Origin: Antedon mediterranea
Taxonomy: Eukaryota > Animalia > Echinodermata
NCBI RefSeq assembly: GCF_964355755.1
Contig: NC_092677.1
Span: 4,796,101 to 4,860,100 of the forward strand
Reading direction: 5' to 3'
DNA: 64,000 nt
Below, piece by piece: positions 1 through 13,900 of the stretch (positions are counted from its first letter, which is position 1; each line of letters starts with the position of its first letter). The translations under genes and the position numbers were made by a program. Below the pieces are notes generated by a model, which saw only the letters and a list, made by a program, of their open reading frames with translations, searched no databases and was not told where the DNA came from.

Positions 1-1906
1 ATAAATACTGATTATGCTGCCACTTTAGTACACAAAACGATAAATAAAAAAACAATACAACTTGTAGCATTCCATTTAAACTAATACAGTAGGCTCTGTT
101 CAAAACTGCTAGTGTAGAAAAGTCAAATCCACCCATATAATAAAACCTAGAACTAGCTAATGATGTAGAAACACCAACAGCTTATTTATCAAATAAAAAT
201 CAACATTATACTACTGTACAACTCAACAGGTAATGTAGTAACGAAAATTGCCTCACAGCTAATGTAGTTAATATCGCCAGCTAATAAAATATTATATATT
301 TTACAAACCTAAATGTCTAAATCATGTGCAAATGTATTTCTCTACTTGCCGTCAGTCTATCCACCTCTCGTAAGTGATCGGCTTTCAAAACTTAGCACTC
401 TGATCGTAAGCAACCACCCTTGTTAGCGACCACCTTTAATATTTAAAAGGGACTACCTCTGTTAAAGGACCGCTTCTCACAATGGACAACCTCCTGAAGG
501 GGTAACCACCTCTCATAACGGACTGCTTTCATAAACTACCACCGCTCGTAGACGACCACTTCTTTTACCGACTACACCTCCCGTAAGTGACCACCTCAAT
601 AGAGGTGGTAATTAGCGAAAGGTGGTCGTTACGGAATTATGAGAAGTGGTCCCTTAGGAGAGGTGGACGTTTTTTTTTTAGAGATTATTCGAAAAAAACA
701 AAAAACCGAAATACCCTTGAGTGAACGAATAATTATGATGCGCAATTAAGGTGTTTATTTTGCCATATAAAATATAAAAAAAATAAATATTTTTTGGTAA
801 TATGCATCAACAATATTTTTCAAATGTATTTTAGATAAATAAATAAATAATGTAAAATCTCTAGAAACAAAAAAAATATTGTGACTAACCAATTCAATGT
901 TTTATTAAATAAAACCAAAAATCAGGCATCTGTGAAAAAAAATATAATGAAAAAGAACTCACTTTAACAATGACGAACTTACTTGTTTAAAGCACTTTTG
1001 TTATCAGTTAATATTATTAAATTAGTAACAGTATTATGAATATTACAAAATAATATTTTGAGAACTGAAAAATATTTTGAGGGAACAAATATATTTAGGG
1101 AGAACAAAATAAGATTTCAAGAACTGAACAATATAAAAAGCGAATTACTACTTCGAGACAAGGAATGATCGAGAGAACGAAATAATTTCGAGGGAAATTA
1201 TTTCGTTCTCTCGCGAATTAGTAATTCGAATTCCAATGAAATAATATTTCGAGAGAACGAAAATAGGTAGGCCCTATGCCTATATGATTTAGTGATATTC
1301 ATTCCCTAGAAATAATAATACAGTACCGGTAGGCTATATATTTTTTCAAGTTGTCGATTTACTTCAAATTGACAACAGGTTGTATATACTCAATCAAAAA
1401 CAAACAATTTAATTTGATTAGACTATATGTCTCCAGATATAATAATAGTAATATTTATTTCAATCGACTTGATATTTTGCGATTCAAGTTGGTATTCTAA
1501 GGAATTATAATTACCCTAACGGGAGTTGGTGACCGTCCAGTGCCCTAGTTTTTACGGGGTTAATATGATGTCGATGGTCCTACTTTTTTATCGATGAAAG
1601 CTGCCCGGGTGGTTGCAGCCATTTTCAACAGCTGGTATTACACTATTCAATGCTGAAAATTGTCCAGTGGACACTTTCAAACACCGGACACATTTAAATC
1701 TTACACCGGCTTTACTGACAATCGTTTTGAGTCACCATTGCCAGATGAATCTTTTACGATTGTATTTGTGGGGAGGTCCAACCACAATGCAGTTCTCTTG
1801 ATGCATGTTCTCCAAACACAAGTGGCCTAGACTGAGAAAACTTTCGTTGACAAATTTCTCAATTATAAATTATTATTGTTTAGTATATAAATCTTGTTAT
1901 TTTCAG

Positions 1907-4900
1907 TCTCTTGCAGGCCTGTTTTTGTTTGTAGTATTGTTGGATAATACTAAAAACAGTAAGTTTAATTGTATGGTCTAACTTATAACTTGCTTCATTT
2001 ACCAGTACTAATTGATCACATTTGAATCTTGATACCTGGGTACCAATTTAGAAATAATTAGGTCAGTTGAATTATACACTTTTAGTTAACAAAAAGAGGC
2101 CATGTTGTAAATGTATGTATCAGACTGTTTTTTTGTTTGATATCCATAACAAATCCAATACACTATCTAAAACTGTTCTTTGGTGTTATTTCATTTTAAG
2201 CATGTGGTCAATTGGAGACGAAATTTAACCAGACAGCTAAAGAATGTGATGCTGAAGTGGTGATAACTTGTGATTATTCACAATTTACTACTACTAAACT
2301 TGATAGAATACAATGGGATGAACTAAATGAAGATGGAGTGGTTATTACTCATGGTTTTGTTAATGATGATAAAATAGAAAATGGGCGTTTCAAATTAACC
2401 GTTACACCTGGGAAAGCCGACTTGGTGATGTCACAGCCAATGAGAAATGATTCTAAACGAACGTTCCAGTGTGAGATACAAACAACAAATGGTGATATTA
2501 AAAGACTCAATCCATCTATGCTAACTATTTTTTGTAAGTAACAAACAAAATGTTTTATTTTGATATTTTTAATTTAAATAGTCAAACATTTTGATAAATA
2601 CACTGTACATTACTGTTTTGAGACTGATATTGTTTTCTCAGACTTGGATCAACCACTTCTTGATACCTCAGCAAGCACTGTCTATGAAGGTCAATCAGTG
2701 ACCTTTACCTGTAGTATACCTGATGGTGATCCTATTCCTCACATTACTTGGTATCAAGATGGACAGACAGTCAACACCATCAACCCTTCTAGATATGATA
2801 TTGAAAATAACAGTACAGAGTCAGTTCTTAAGATTAAATCAGCAACTGAAGAAGATGGTGGGAGATATACATGTAAAGCAGAAAGTGATCAGTTTAAAGG
2901 AGATGATGCTAAAACAAGTGTTGGAATACAGTTGATTGTAATTGGATATTGTATGTACACATTGAATTTTGAATTTATAAGTTTATAATACATACATTTT
3001 TACTCGGGGTACCCGAGTCTAGTACTTACTCATTTTCTCCTTCTCTTCCTCCATCTGGACACTATTGAGTAAAAAGTGCGATTTTTAAAGTACTACTCCT
3101 CCCTTATTCGTTATAGTATTGAGCTGGGATTTGGCATGAACATACTACAGGGACATGTCCTCAAAGCTATAGAGCCGGATTTTTAATTTTTTGTTAATTA
3201 ATTTGTTTAATTAAGAAGCCACAATGTGTGACACATACCACAGCGTTATGTAGTTATATGGTTATATGCGGATTCTTGGCGTAGTGGTTATCACGTTTGC
3301 TTAACACGCAGAAGGTACATGGTTCGAGCCCGGACGAAACCTTTTTTTTTTTAATTTATGGTGAAAAGTACTGTATACGCAATATGATAATTATACAGAG
3401 TATATCTTATTTTTATTATTTTTTAAAATACTTATTTTGTGTAATCGGTAATTATCACTTTTACACATGTTTATTTTGCTTTGTGCTTATTACCATTTAT
3501 TTGTAATTTAAATGGATTAAAAAACTTTCTGTAACCCACATTTTTAATGTAAGAGGTTTCGTAGTGTAGTGGTTGTCAAGTCTGCTTAACACGCAGAAGG
3601 TCCCGGTTCGAGCCCTGGCGAAACCTATTTTCTTTACTTTCTATCTGTATACGTCTGTATACAGCTTCTTTCGCTGTACCCCGAGTATTGCACATTCGTG
3701 CTTGTTTATACAATGAATAATTACAGAATAACAGATAAGAAATTAAAAATACACATTTCCAAGTTTTTAAAATATAAATGGTAATTTTAATTTTTTTTTA
3801 AAAGCGAGTAATTGACATCTTTTTAATAATGCTAATGATAAAATAAAATTGCTACAGAAACTAGTTTATGGCAACAATGTTAATGTTCTCTTTTGTTGTT
3901 TTGTGTCGACACTGTAAATGTTAAATTGTTTAAATTGACAATTTCAGTACAGAGAAACAAACCTATTAATGTTCGCTTTCTTTTAGATATCACTGTTACT
4001 TTTACATCTGAAGATGGTATTGCAACATGTACAGCAGAGGGCCATCCCAAGCCATCATCAGTATTGATATTACAAGATGGAGAAGTGGTTAAGGAAGGAA
4101 ATAACACAGCAACTATACAAATTAATGATGAGATATGTCAATCAAATCTTACATGTTATGCAGAGAATGGAAAACTCAATGAAACAGCAACAATGGAGAA
4201 GTGTAATACAGGTAAATAAACCATTTTAAGGTAATATATTTAATGTTCTGCAAAAGAGGAAGCAAGACAGCAGACAGGTCTCAAGTGTGGTCCGTTTGTA
4301 CAGTTCAATTAATACTGAAGTTATACTACAATATACCCAACAGTATACTACAAAATCATGAATTGTGTTTATAATGTTCATTTTTTTTTTTTAAAGACAC
4401 ATTTTTACATTGTGGATGAATGGAAGTAGTGCAAGATATGTTTTGTATACTATCAATTAGTTTATTTTATGTTACTAATAACAAGCACTATTTTTATGAA
4501 CGTTATGCTTATTTATGCAACATTTTGTTTCTTTGCATGTACAGTACCTACTCATTGAGTTTTATTAATGCATAGCACTCCCCACTATATTATTAACAAC
4601 ACAAACATAATAATACTGCTTATTTTTATCCATGATCTCTGCTACAGTAATGATGTGGATTGTTTTATCAATTTTGTTGTGAATAAAATATTACTTAGCT
4701 TCCATTAATTTGTATTGTATAGTAGATTGTATGAGTTAAATTGTTTATTAATGATTTAATTTCAAAGAAATGTTTCTTTTCTATGAATTCCATAATATGT
4801 TGATATTAATAATTATGTTTTATTGTTTTTCAGATTTAAAATCATTCTACATCATTCTGATTTTTGTGATAGTTGGTTTGTTCCTATGGTTACTGCTCCT

Positions 4901-7900
4901 TGTTTGTAAGTATTTTGATCTTTAATGCTTCATTAAAATATTAACATACAAATAATTATAATCAATAAGCTATTGTTACTCTCTGTGTTTTTTATGTTAT
5001 AGCGATCATTTTAAAAGTATTGCGAAGTCTGTTACAATTACAGTATTTTGATGCAGATGGTATATTTTTTTTGCCTAATTTTAACAATGTTTAATGAATA
5101 TTCTTTTTGATTTTCATTTAAACAAGTTTTAAAAATAAAAGAATTAATGTATAAGGATAATACTGAAAATGTCATCCATGTAAAATAAGTTTATAAATAA
5201 ATAATAAATAAATATAATAACTGGTTATACAATGTATAATAATAATAGTATTGTTTATTTATAAAGTTTTTTATGTTCAATGATTTTTCTTAATATAAGT
5301 ATGTATATTTCAGATTGTATGTATTACAAGAATGTTGAGTGGAGCAATACAGATATTGATACAATGACAGTTGAAGGTGGTGAACCAGTTGAGATGAGTT
5401 GGAAATATCGTCCAAGTATTGCAAGGTTCAAGACTTTTGAAATAAAGAAAGAAGACAAAGTGATTGGTTCAAATCAAAAGCAATTCAGTAGTTGTAAAAC
5501 AGTCTGTCAGTTTGTCTGTTATTGCTGTCTTTACTTTTGTGGATTTTGTTGTATTGAATACTGTAACAAATCGGGTAAGTTGTAATTATTTTTTATGAAC
5601 AGTTCTGTAGTCTGTTTGTATTTGATTAATATTTATTGGTCTCATTTAGTCAATAAAAATACACAATAATTTAAATGTGGTCAAAAAAACATGTTTTGGT
5701 CACACACACAAATAATAGAGGATAACCATAACATCCCGAAAGCTTGTTTTCAAGGGATCTCAATATACATTATTTATGTTATTTTCTTTTCAATGCTATG
5801 TGTATTTTCAAATACAGATTGCACTTTTTTACTTCATAGTGTGAATTTTACATGAAGAATACAGCATTGTATGTCAGTCAATGCCTCAAATGTTAAATTT
5901 AATACCAATTTGTGTTCATTACAATGTTTTTCTTGTTTTATTTAAACAGTTGTTTACAATGATATAGATAAAAAGAAACATGAAAGCTGCGGGTGAGTTT
6001 ATTACAAACGTTATCCTTTTGTATTACATGATAAATATTGTTGAACATGCATGGTTAAAAATTGCTATTAAGGTAGTGGTGTTACAAATGGTAGTATCTT
6101 AGCAATACTTTGAATAGTGTAATAGTTTTTATTGTGTTAACAGAAATGGTAATACAACTGGTGAAGAGTATCAATTAATGATGGTGAATGAAAGAGAAGT
6201 TCCTGATGGTGCAGATGGTCCTGTTGTAACTAAATCAAGTTCATCTACTAACCAGGCTGAAGCAACTGAAGCTGTAGCTGCACAAGAATTCAAGGTTTTC
6301 TATGAACAATTTCTTGTTTCTTTTATTAGTTTTTCTGATTTAAATCACAAAAGACAAAAGAAGAAAACCTCAATTTTAAACGAGACCCAATCAATTTTCT
6401 TTCAGTTGGGTTTTTCATAGATTTCATTGATTTAGAACATTATTTTAAATCAATGAAAGCTATATAATCAGCGAGCATGGAAACTGGACAATTTATTTTT
6501 TTAAAGCATTTCATTGTACTCTACATAACACGATTTATGTTTTGAGACATGAATTATTCTTCACTAAAATCATATATACACTTTCAATCAACAGATTACA
6601 CTACAACTTTTAAAATGTAAAACTAAACAGTTCTAAGTGGTATATATATACCTATACATATTAAATGTGTTGGTAAGGAAACCCAACATTGTACTTATAC
6701 AATCAGTTATAGTTATAGATTTAAAGGTAAATTCTAATCAATCAACTGTATCTAATAATGAACCTTTCAAAGTATTTTGTTATATAATAGTTTTTTTTAG
6801 TAATAATGTAGAGTATATATTATTTGAATCATTCTTTAATATTCTTTGACTTTTTTCAAAGACAAGCTCTGGTGATGTTGAAGAGAGTCAACTTTTATCA
6901 GAACAAAAAACATCTAAAGACAAAGGTAAACGTTTCCATTCTTTTAATAATTTATTAATTATTGCATTTAAACCTCTTATCACCAGTCAATCAATCGATC
7001 AATTAATCAATAAACAGTTTATGTATTGTGAAATAATATGAAACAAAAAAAAACCCAATATATTATTATCACAAAACTATTATTAAACATACAATAGCAA
7101 TACGACAAATATAATGTGTTATTATATGGCCATATTATTTACTTTCATTGTTTATGTAAAATTTAGATAAACCAACCTGTTTTATTTATTGTACTGAAAA
7201 CAAAAGTTCCACAATTAATATTTAACATTTTTAATTTAGTGTTTGTATTAATGTTAATATCCAACAAAAATGTAAAATTACATGAAACAAGCAAGTGCAG
7301 TTTTATTCTGAGGTTCTCTTGAACTATTTTCCATTGAGCAATTTATTATATTATTAGATGTATTTTTATTATTAGAAGTAGGCCTAATTATATTATTCTT
7401 GGTTTAATTAAGGAGGACACTTCAGCATCATTCACACAGTAAGAATTTGTCTTTATTTTAATTGCTTTAAAAATACAATTACATGGAAAAATGTTGTAAC
7501 TTGTACTTTTCTACTACAGTTTAACAATTAATAAATGACAAATAAAATCTTTGAATCAATGAGATATCATCAGAATTGGATATATTAAATAAAATAAATT
7601 AAATTATAAAATCAATTATTTTATAATTAATCTTTATCTTGAATAAAGCTCCGTGGGCTAATTATATAAAATATTTAGTTACAAGATGTCATGTGTTACG
7701 GAAGATCCTGTTATTTACGCTAAAGTTAATAAGCGAGGCAGAAAATCTATTGGTGATATCATTTATTTATACAATTTTCATAACACCTAAATGCTTTAAT
7801 TTACTAACTAAAATAGTATGCGTTACGCCCGCCATAACTTATGGAAGAATAAGATTATGTTTAATTGTTATTTTTAAAATCTTACCATTGTGATTTTTTT

Positions 7901-10900
7901 TTTGTGATACAAGTTTGTTATGGGATAAAACGAAAGATGGTAAAGTACTTGAGTACTTGACCTAGTATAAACCGATAGAACCTGGCTACGAAACCTAATT
8001 AAAATTAGTGGATGGGAATTGTACTCAGATTGCATTTACAATTCTTGTGTCAATGTAGTGAAAATGGTGTGAGGTTATTTTGTATTATACAACTTCAAAT
8101 ATGGATATATATTTTGTTTAATTCAATTGAGTTCCCTTACCAAACGCCAAATTAATTATGTAAAATAGGAAGAACACCAGCAATAAAACTGTTTTAATTT
8201 AGCATTTATGCTATACCTTTCTTAAAAATTATTTTACATTGCATTTTTAAAGTAAAGCTTGTGTTAAAATAAATTAATTTTATGTCATTAGTTCCTCTCA
8301 CCTTTTATTTATTTTTATTGAAACTATGTTGGACGCAACCAAGAATTAATTATCATTTATTTCTCAGAAATGCATGCTTTATCTGTTAACGATACAACGT
8401 TTTAGTATATTTATTTGTTTATTACATACTGTACATTTTAGTTTAAATCTGTTTAGTTTAATTTACATGTGTTTTTAAATAACACTTTTGTAATTAATTA
8501 TCTATGTAGTACTGTAGTATAGATAATTCTAAATTATGTTTTATTTAAGTTTATTTTATTGTTTTTATTTTTACAAAAAACCCTCTTTTTTGTTTAAAGT
8601 GCATAATTAAAAAGCAACATATTTTGTTTCTTTTAAAATGAATGTAAACATAGAAAATATAAACCTGCTTTAAAATGCATTTACATGTCATATTCTCGGA
8701 TGTAAACATGTCATATTCTCAGATGTAAACATGTCATATTCTCGGATGTAAACATGTCATATTCTCAGATGTAAACATGTCATATTCTCAGATGTAAACA
8801 TGTCATATTCTCAGATGTAAACATGTCATATTCTCAGATGTAAACATGTCATATTCTCAGATGTAAACATGTCATATTCTCAGATGTAAACATGTCATAT
8901 TCTCAGATGTAAACGTCGCATATTCCCAGATGTAAACATCTCATAAGTAATTATAAACCTTCCCATATTAATGATGATATATATTATTTAATAATAATTT
9001 GTAATAGTTTAATTTATTGGTTTTTTTTATTGTACTATAGAAACGTCAGAAATTAAACATAAAGAAGATAAAAGAAAGGTATTTTTAAGTTAAGGAAAAC
9101 CTGTTAATTAAACCTGAAAGAATATATTTATGGAAGTTTAACAAAGAAGGAAGCGCCAATTGGGGCTTTTTTCAGAGGATGGAATTTTGTTTTAATTGCA
9201 ATTAGAGTTGAATGAATGTTTTTTTTCGAATATTTTTTGGTAACAAGTATTGATTAGATTATGATTATTATTAGAAAGTGATTCAATATGCAGATCTTGA
9301 TTTACAAGCCAGTACCTCAGAAAAGATTATAAGCAATGACAGAAAAACACCATAGGCCTATATTGAATTATCCAAGGGAAGGCTGATCAAGAAAGGTATA
9401 ATCTATATCATTACTCAAAATTACTTTATTGTTTTGAAAAGGTTGATATTTTGGGTTAGTTTCAATTTTTCAGAACATCCAAAGCTATTTTAAATGAATT
9501 AACCCAACCCAATATCTTTGATTGCAATTGCTTTTCCATAATGTTTATTCTTTTTAATTGATTGTTTTTATGGTACAATAGGAACATCAGTGGTTAAACT
9601 TAAAGAAGATAGATACAAGGTATTTCTAATGTTTAGACAATGCTGTTAGCAAATATCAAATGAGCTTTAGCAAAATATGCTGTAGAAAATACATAAATTT
9701 ATTTATAAAAAATGAATTACAAACCCCTTATGAAACTGATATATTAAAGTTTTTCTTAAGTTGTTTATTTATTGAATTGCTTTATTTCTGGTTCAATAAT
9801 GTTATCAACTGTTTAGCTTTTTTATTCTGTTATTTAAGAATATGTATTAATATATTGATGAGTTTTTGATAATTTATAGAATAAAGAGATTCAATATGCA
9901 GATCTTGATTTAAAAGCCAGTTCTTCAGGAAAGATTATACATAATGAACAACAAACACAATATATGGAAGTATCGAAGGGAAGGCTTGTAAAGAAAGGTA
10001 ATACAGGTAGGGAAGGCTTGTAAAGAAAGGAATGGTGTATTACATTTTTTTTTAAATAAATGTTTTTGAAATATAATATCAAATCAGGTCCTCCTGTTAT
10101 TCACATCATTTCTTAAAGTAATTTGTTTAGATATATGTATAATTATTTTGAATTTTACTATTCGTCGTCCTAGGTAATTTGTAAAGTAGAAACACTTTCT
10201 AGTATTTACGAAAAACTATGCAACTGTACTATACATAACTAAATCTTGCAAAATCAAAGAGTAATAGTGAGTAATTTAAAATATGACCCGAAAGGCTATT
10301 TTTGTCAGTTCAGTTTAAAATATATATTATTCATTGATTCATAATAGTATATTTTAAATTAAAAATACATAAAAAAGACAAATAAAGGGGCGAAACGATG
10401 AAAACGAAACAAAAGCAAGGCAGGTCAGACATACAAGGGAAATGGATAACAGTCAAAAAAGAGAAATATAAATATAAATTATTGTAATTCTTATTCTTTA
10501 TTACATATATGGAATTTTTATTGTTATTATGTGTTATTATTGTGTTGTATGAAATAGTACTTAACTGTTCTATCTATTCGAATTTATTGGTTGATTGATT
10601 GATTGATTCAAATATGCAAGACAATTTAGTACTTATACTATGATTATAGCAAATCAAGATAAAATTTGACTATCAAATGTCAAATCACTATTAAATAATG
10701 CATAACTTTTTTCATAAAGCTAATTGTCAGTAATTAGCAAAGGAATTCTCAAACTTGCACCATACAAAAATTACAGTTAATCAATGAAATAGGATCTGTC
10801 CACATCTAACCATAACATTTTAAAAGATGAATGCATTTTTTATTTATTGTTCTAGCAACAGACTCATATGAAAGGTAATGTTATTTGATTTTGTTAATAG

Positions 10901-13900
10901 TGCAGCAAATTTTATTTTGTTTAGATTGTTTAATTTTTGTTTTTCTGAAAGAGCCTTAAAAGAATTTAAGCAAAATTACACATACATTTTATGTAACTAA
11001 AGCTAGTTTTAGGCAAAGTTCATTTCATCTTTACAAACACGAAACTTTACATGTTCGCATCAAATCTCTATTTTCTGTACTATTATGTGAGACCAGTACA
11101 ACAAAGATATATAGCCTATAACTCGAAGCTTGTAAAATTGAGGGATCCACTACATCACAAAAATGATTTGACTGCATTTTATCATCACCATCTTTACCAT
11201 GTATGTATTCTATCCGATGTCTTCATAAGTTAATGTTAATAATCTTTGCTGTTCTAAATTTGGTATACTATTCATTATTACACTACTATAATCATCATCA
11301 TTTTCAATATATTAATCAATTAAATGATAATAATATCGAAATTTAGTCACCATTATTTTCTATATATTAATTATAACAAGTAAATGATAATTATTATTGA
11401 AATTTAGTCATCATACAACTGATTCTATCATAAGTAATTGTACCCCAAATCGTTTTTCCTCCCAATGAAAGTTTTGTTCAAAGATTTTATTACACTTTCT
11501 ACACAGACAATAACATGGGCTTTGTGTGTTTTTCCATTTGGCTTAACGCTTTATTATATATGATATATTGTGGTATTTAACTTAGTTGGGTACATTTCAT
11601 TTATTTATTTAAAACACAATTAATCTCTGCTATTCGTTAAATATTATTTTGTGAAAAATTACATTGGATAACGTTACATCATTCCTGTCATTCATGCCAT
11701 ATACAGTTTATCTTATGATCCTCAACAACTACCGTAAAACCTCGAAAAGAAGCCTATGGGGTTAAACCTCGAAAGAATCCCATCTCGAAAAGAAGCCCCC
11801 TCTACAGTTTGCAAAAGTACTCTCGAAAAGAAGCCCATCTCGAAAAGAAGCCCACCCAAGAGCACTAAAAAAAGAAGCCCACAGGCTCCTTTTCGAGGTT
11901 TACGGTATTGATTTTAGCCTGCTATATTATTTTTTCATAACGTCTTGGTAGATAATTGAATTAAACAACGTTCTATTTAGAGGAAATATTACCTAATAAT
12001 ATTTATACCATTTCTACTTTATACATTATTAGTTGTGTGTGTAGCATGTAAACATAGCTTAGATGTTTTCATAGAAGATAATTTCATTCGGTAAAGCCCT
12101 TTGCAAATACAGTATGTTTTAAACATTACATTAAGGTATAATAAAAGATCATGGAGAGTTTTAAAATTTATAAGAACTTAGCAACTTTTTTTTTGTAGAT
12201 CAGAAGCTCCTTACTCAAGTAAGTAATAAACATCATATTTTCATCCAATATGACATTTATAAACACCTATATTTAGCTAATGTATATCTATGTCGGAAAA
12301 GGTAAAGTAATTTATTTGCTGAAGTATTGGTTATGTATACCGGTACTCTTGGATATTAAAGTATTTATACATAGTAGTACAAATAGGTTCTTTAAAGTGC
12401 ACATGAGCTATGTGTACACTCTCCCTACGGTTTATAGTCCTTATCCGAGAAAACTCGTTCTACGGATCCACTGTCTTAACCGCTCGGCCACGACTCACTC
12501 TCACTCACACTCACTTTAGGCCATGCTTTTAAATTGAGATATTTTCTTTTAAGTGTTTACAAATGGTAGAGGAATCATCAAATTAACACTTTCACATCCT
12601 AAGAAATCCGATTCGGCTAGGTACAACTGCAACACAGAGGGCAGTAGACAGCATCATCCAGGTGTCGCCAATTTATCTGTTTGTTGTGAGTTTTATTGAT
12701 TTGAGTCAATCTGTAATTAAACACAAAAACAATATGTTGTGTTTAGCTATCCTAGCCTAAAACTAGTTTAGTAACCAAGATTCTTTCATATACAAAATAA
12801 AAATGTGTAAACAGCAAATTCCATTGCATACTATATATTTGTATCTGTAATTTTATCTTTAAAGGGATTAAGATTGTAAATCAAAAGTACTCAACAGAAA
12901 AAGGTGCTGATAATTTTGAAATGAAGTGCGTATATGGACCAGCAGATATGCCATTAACAGGTTACAAGTGGAAGAAGATTAAGAAAGATGGCACAACAGA
13001 GATTGAGGATTGTTCTAAAGATTCTAGATTTGAAGTAACAAGTTACCAAAATTGCATTCTGTCTTTGAAGATAAAGAAAGTTGAACTTGATGATGTTGGC
13101 AAGTATCAATGTGAAGTGAAGCCAGTTGATGGAGAAAAGAAGCTGGAAGATACTACACAGCTAATAGTTAAGAAAGGTAATTGTTTTGTAATTTACTTGC
13201 AACAAAATTGCAAATACTGTATTAGAAACTAACTTTTTTGGGAATAATAAATAAATAATAGTATCATTAACCATAATTCTGTCCTACTGTACTTTTAATA
13301 ACTGCGATACATTTCATAAATAACACTACACGTAATAATGACTATTTATTAGGTTATATGCATGATTATCATGCATATAACCTCTTGATTCTGTCACAAT
13401 CTTTATTTATTTATTTATTCTTTCCTTGGCACTATTTTGTCCGTCAATATCTTGATATCAGTTTCATCTAGCTAAGTCATTTTTTCAGAGTATATTCCTT
13501 ATGGCCAGGAATCGATGTGGTTATGTTTTCACGGTGCGCAATCATAAATTACGCGGTCTACGTGCGATTTAATGAAATCACGTTTGTAATCATATCGTCA
13601 CAAGCATGAATCACTTTTAAACAAAATTTGGTACTCATATATTTCGGGTCATATTTCATCATATGGCAATATAATTACGTGCGTAGCGCATATAACGCAT
13701 GCGTACGTGCGCTTAAAAGTTTTTAAATTGTCAAAATTTATTTTCGCTGAAATTAGTGTACGTTTCAGGCAATTTTAGGCGTTTAAAAAATTGCCATGAG
13801 TGCGCAGAATTTTGCACGCGCACTGTGCGTTAAATGTTAATGCACACTCTTTTTGTCCGATTTCTGTTTTACAACATTTCTTTAATAATATCATGATATA

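Larger units (their letters stand above)
2997..3707 (+). mobile_element. Non-autonomous Helentron/DINE-1-like element in intron
   Basis: 5' TACTCGGGGTACCCGAGT (subTIR plus inverted partner); 3' GTACCCCGAGTA followed by hairpin GCAC-ATTC-GTGC and TTGTTT; T-rich flanks. Confidence 0.65.

Noticed and set aside
1427-1510. Candidate ATG exon for gene A
   Set aside because: The nearby donor gives phase 2 whereas exon 1907 needs phase 0; start left unassigned.
2201-2533. Siglec ortholog (V domain plus ITIM/ITSM, linked to a sialidase fold)
   Set aside because: The essential F-strand Arg is absent (position after Cys is E, K, H in the three paralogs) and the canonical B-F disulfide is kept; the similarity is architectural only.
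6727-8400. Additional microexon candidates (6727-6771, 7413-7438, 7914-7939)
   Set aside because: Splice-like signals are present but a unique phase-consistent chain could not be fixed; not needed for the frame.
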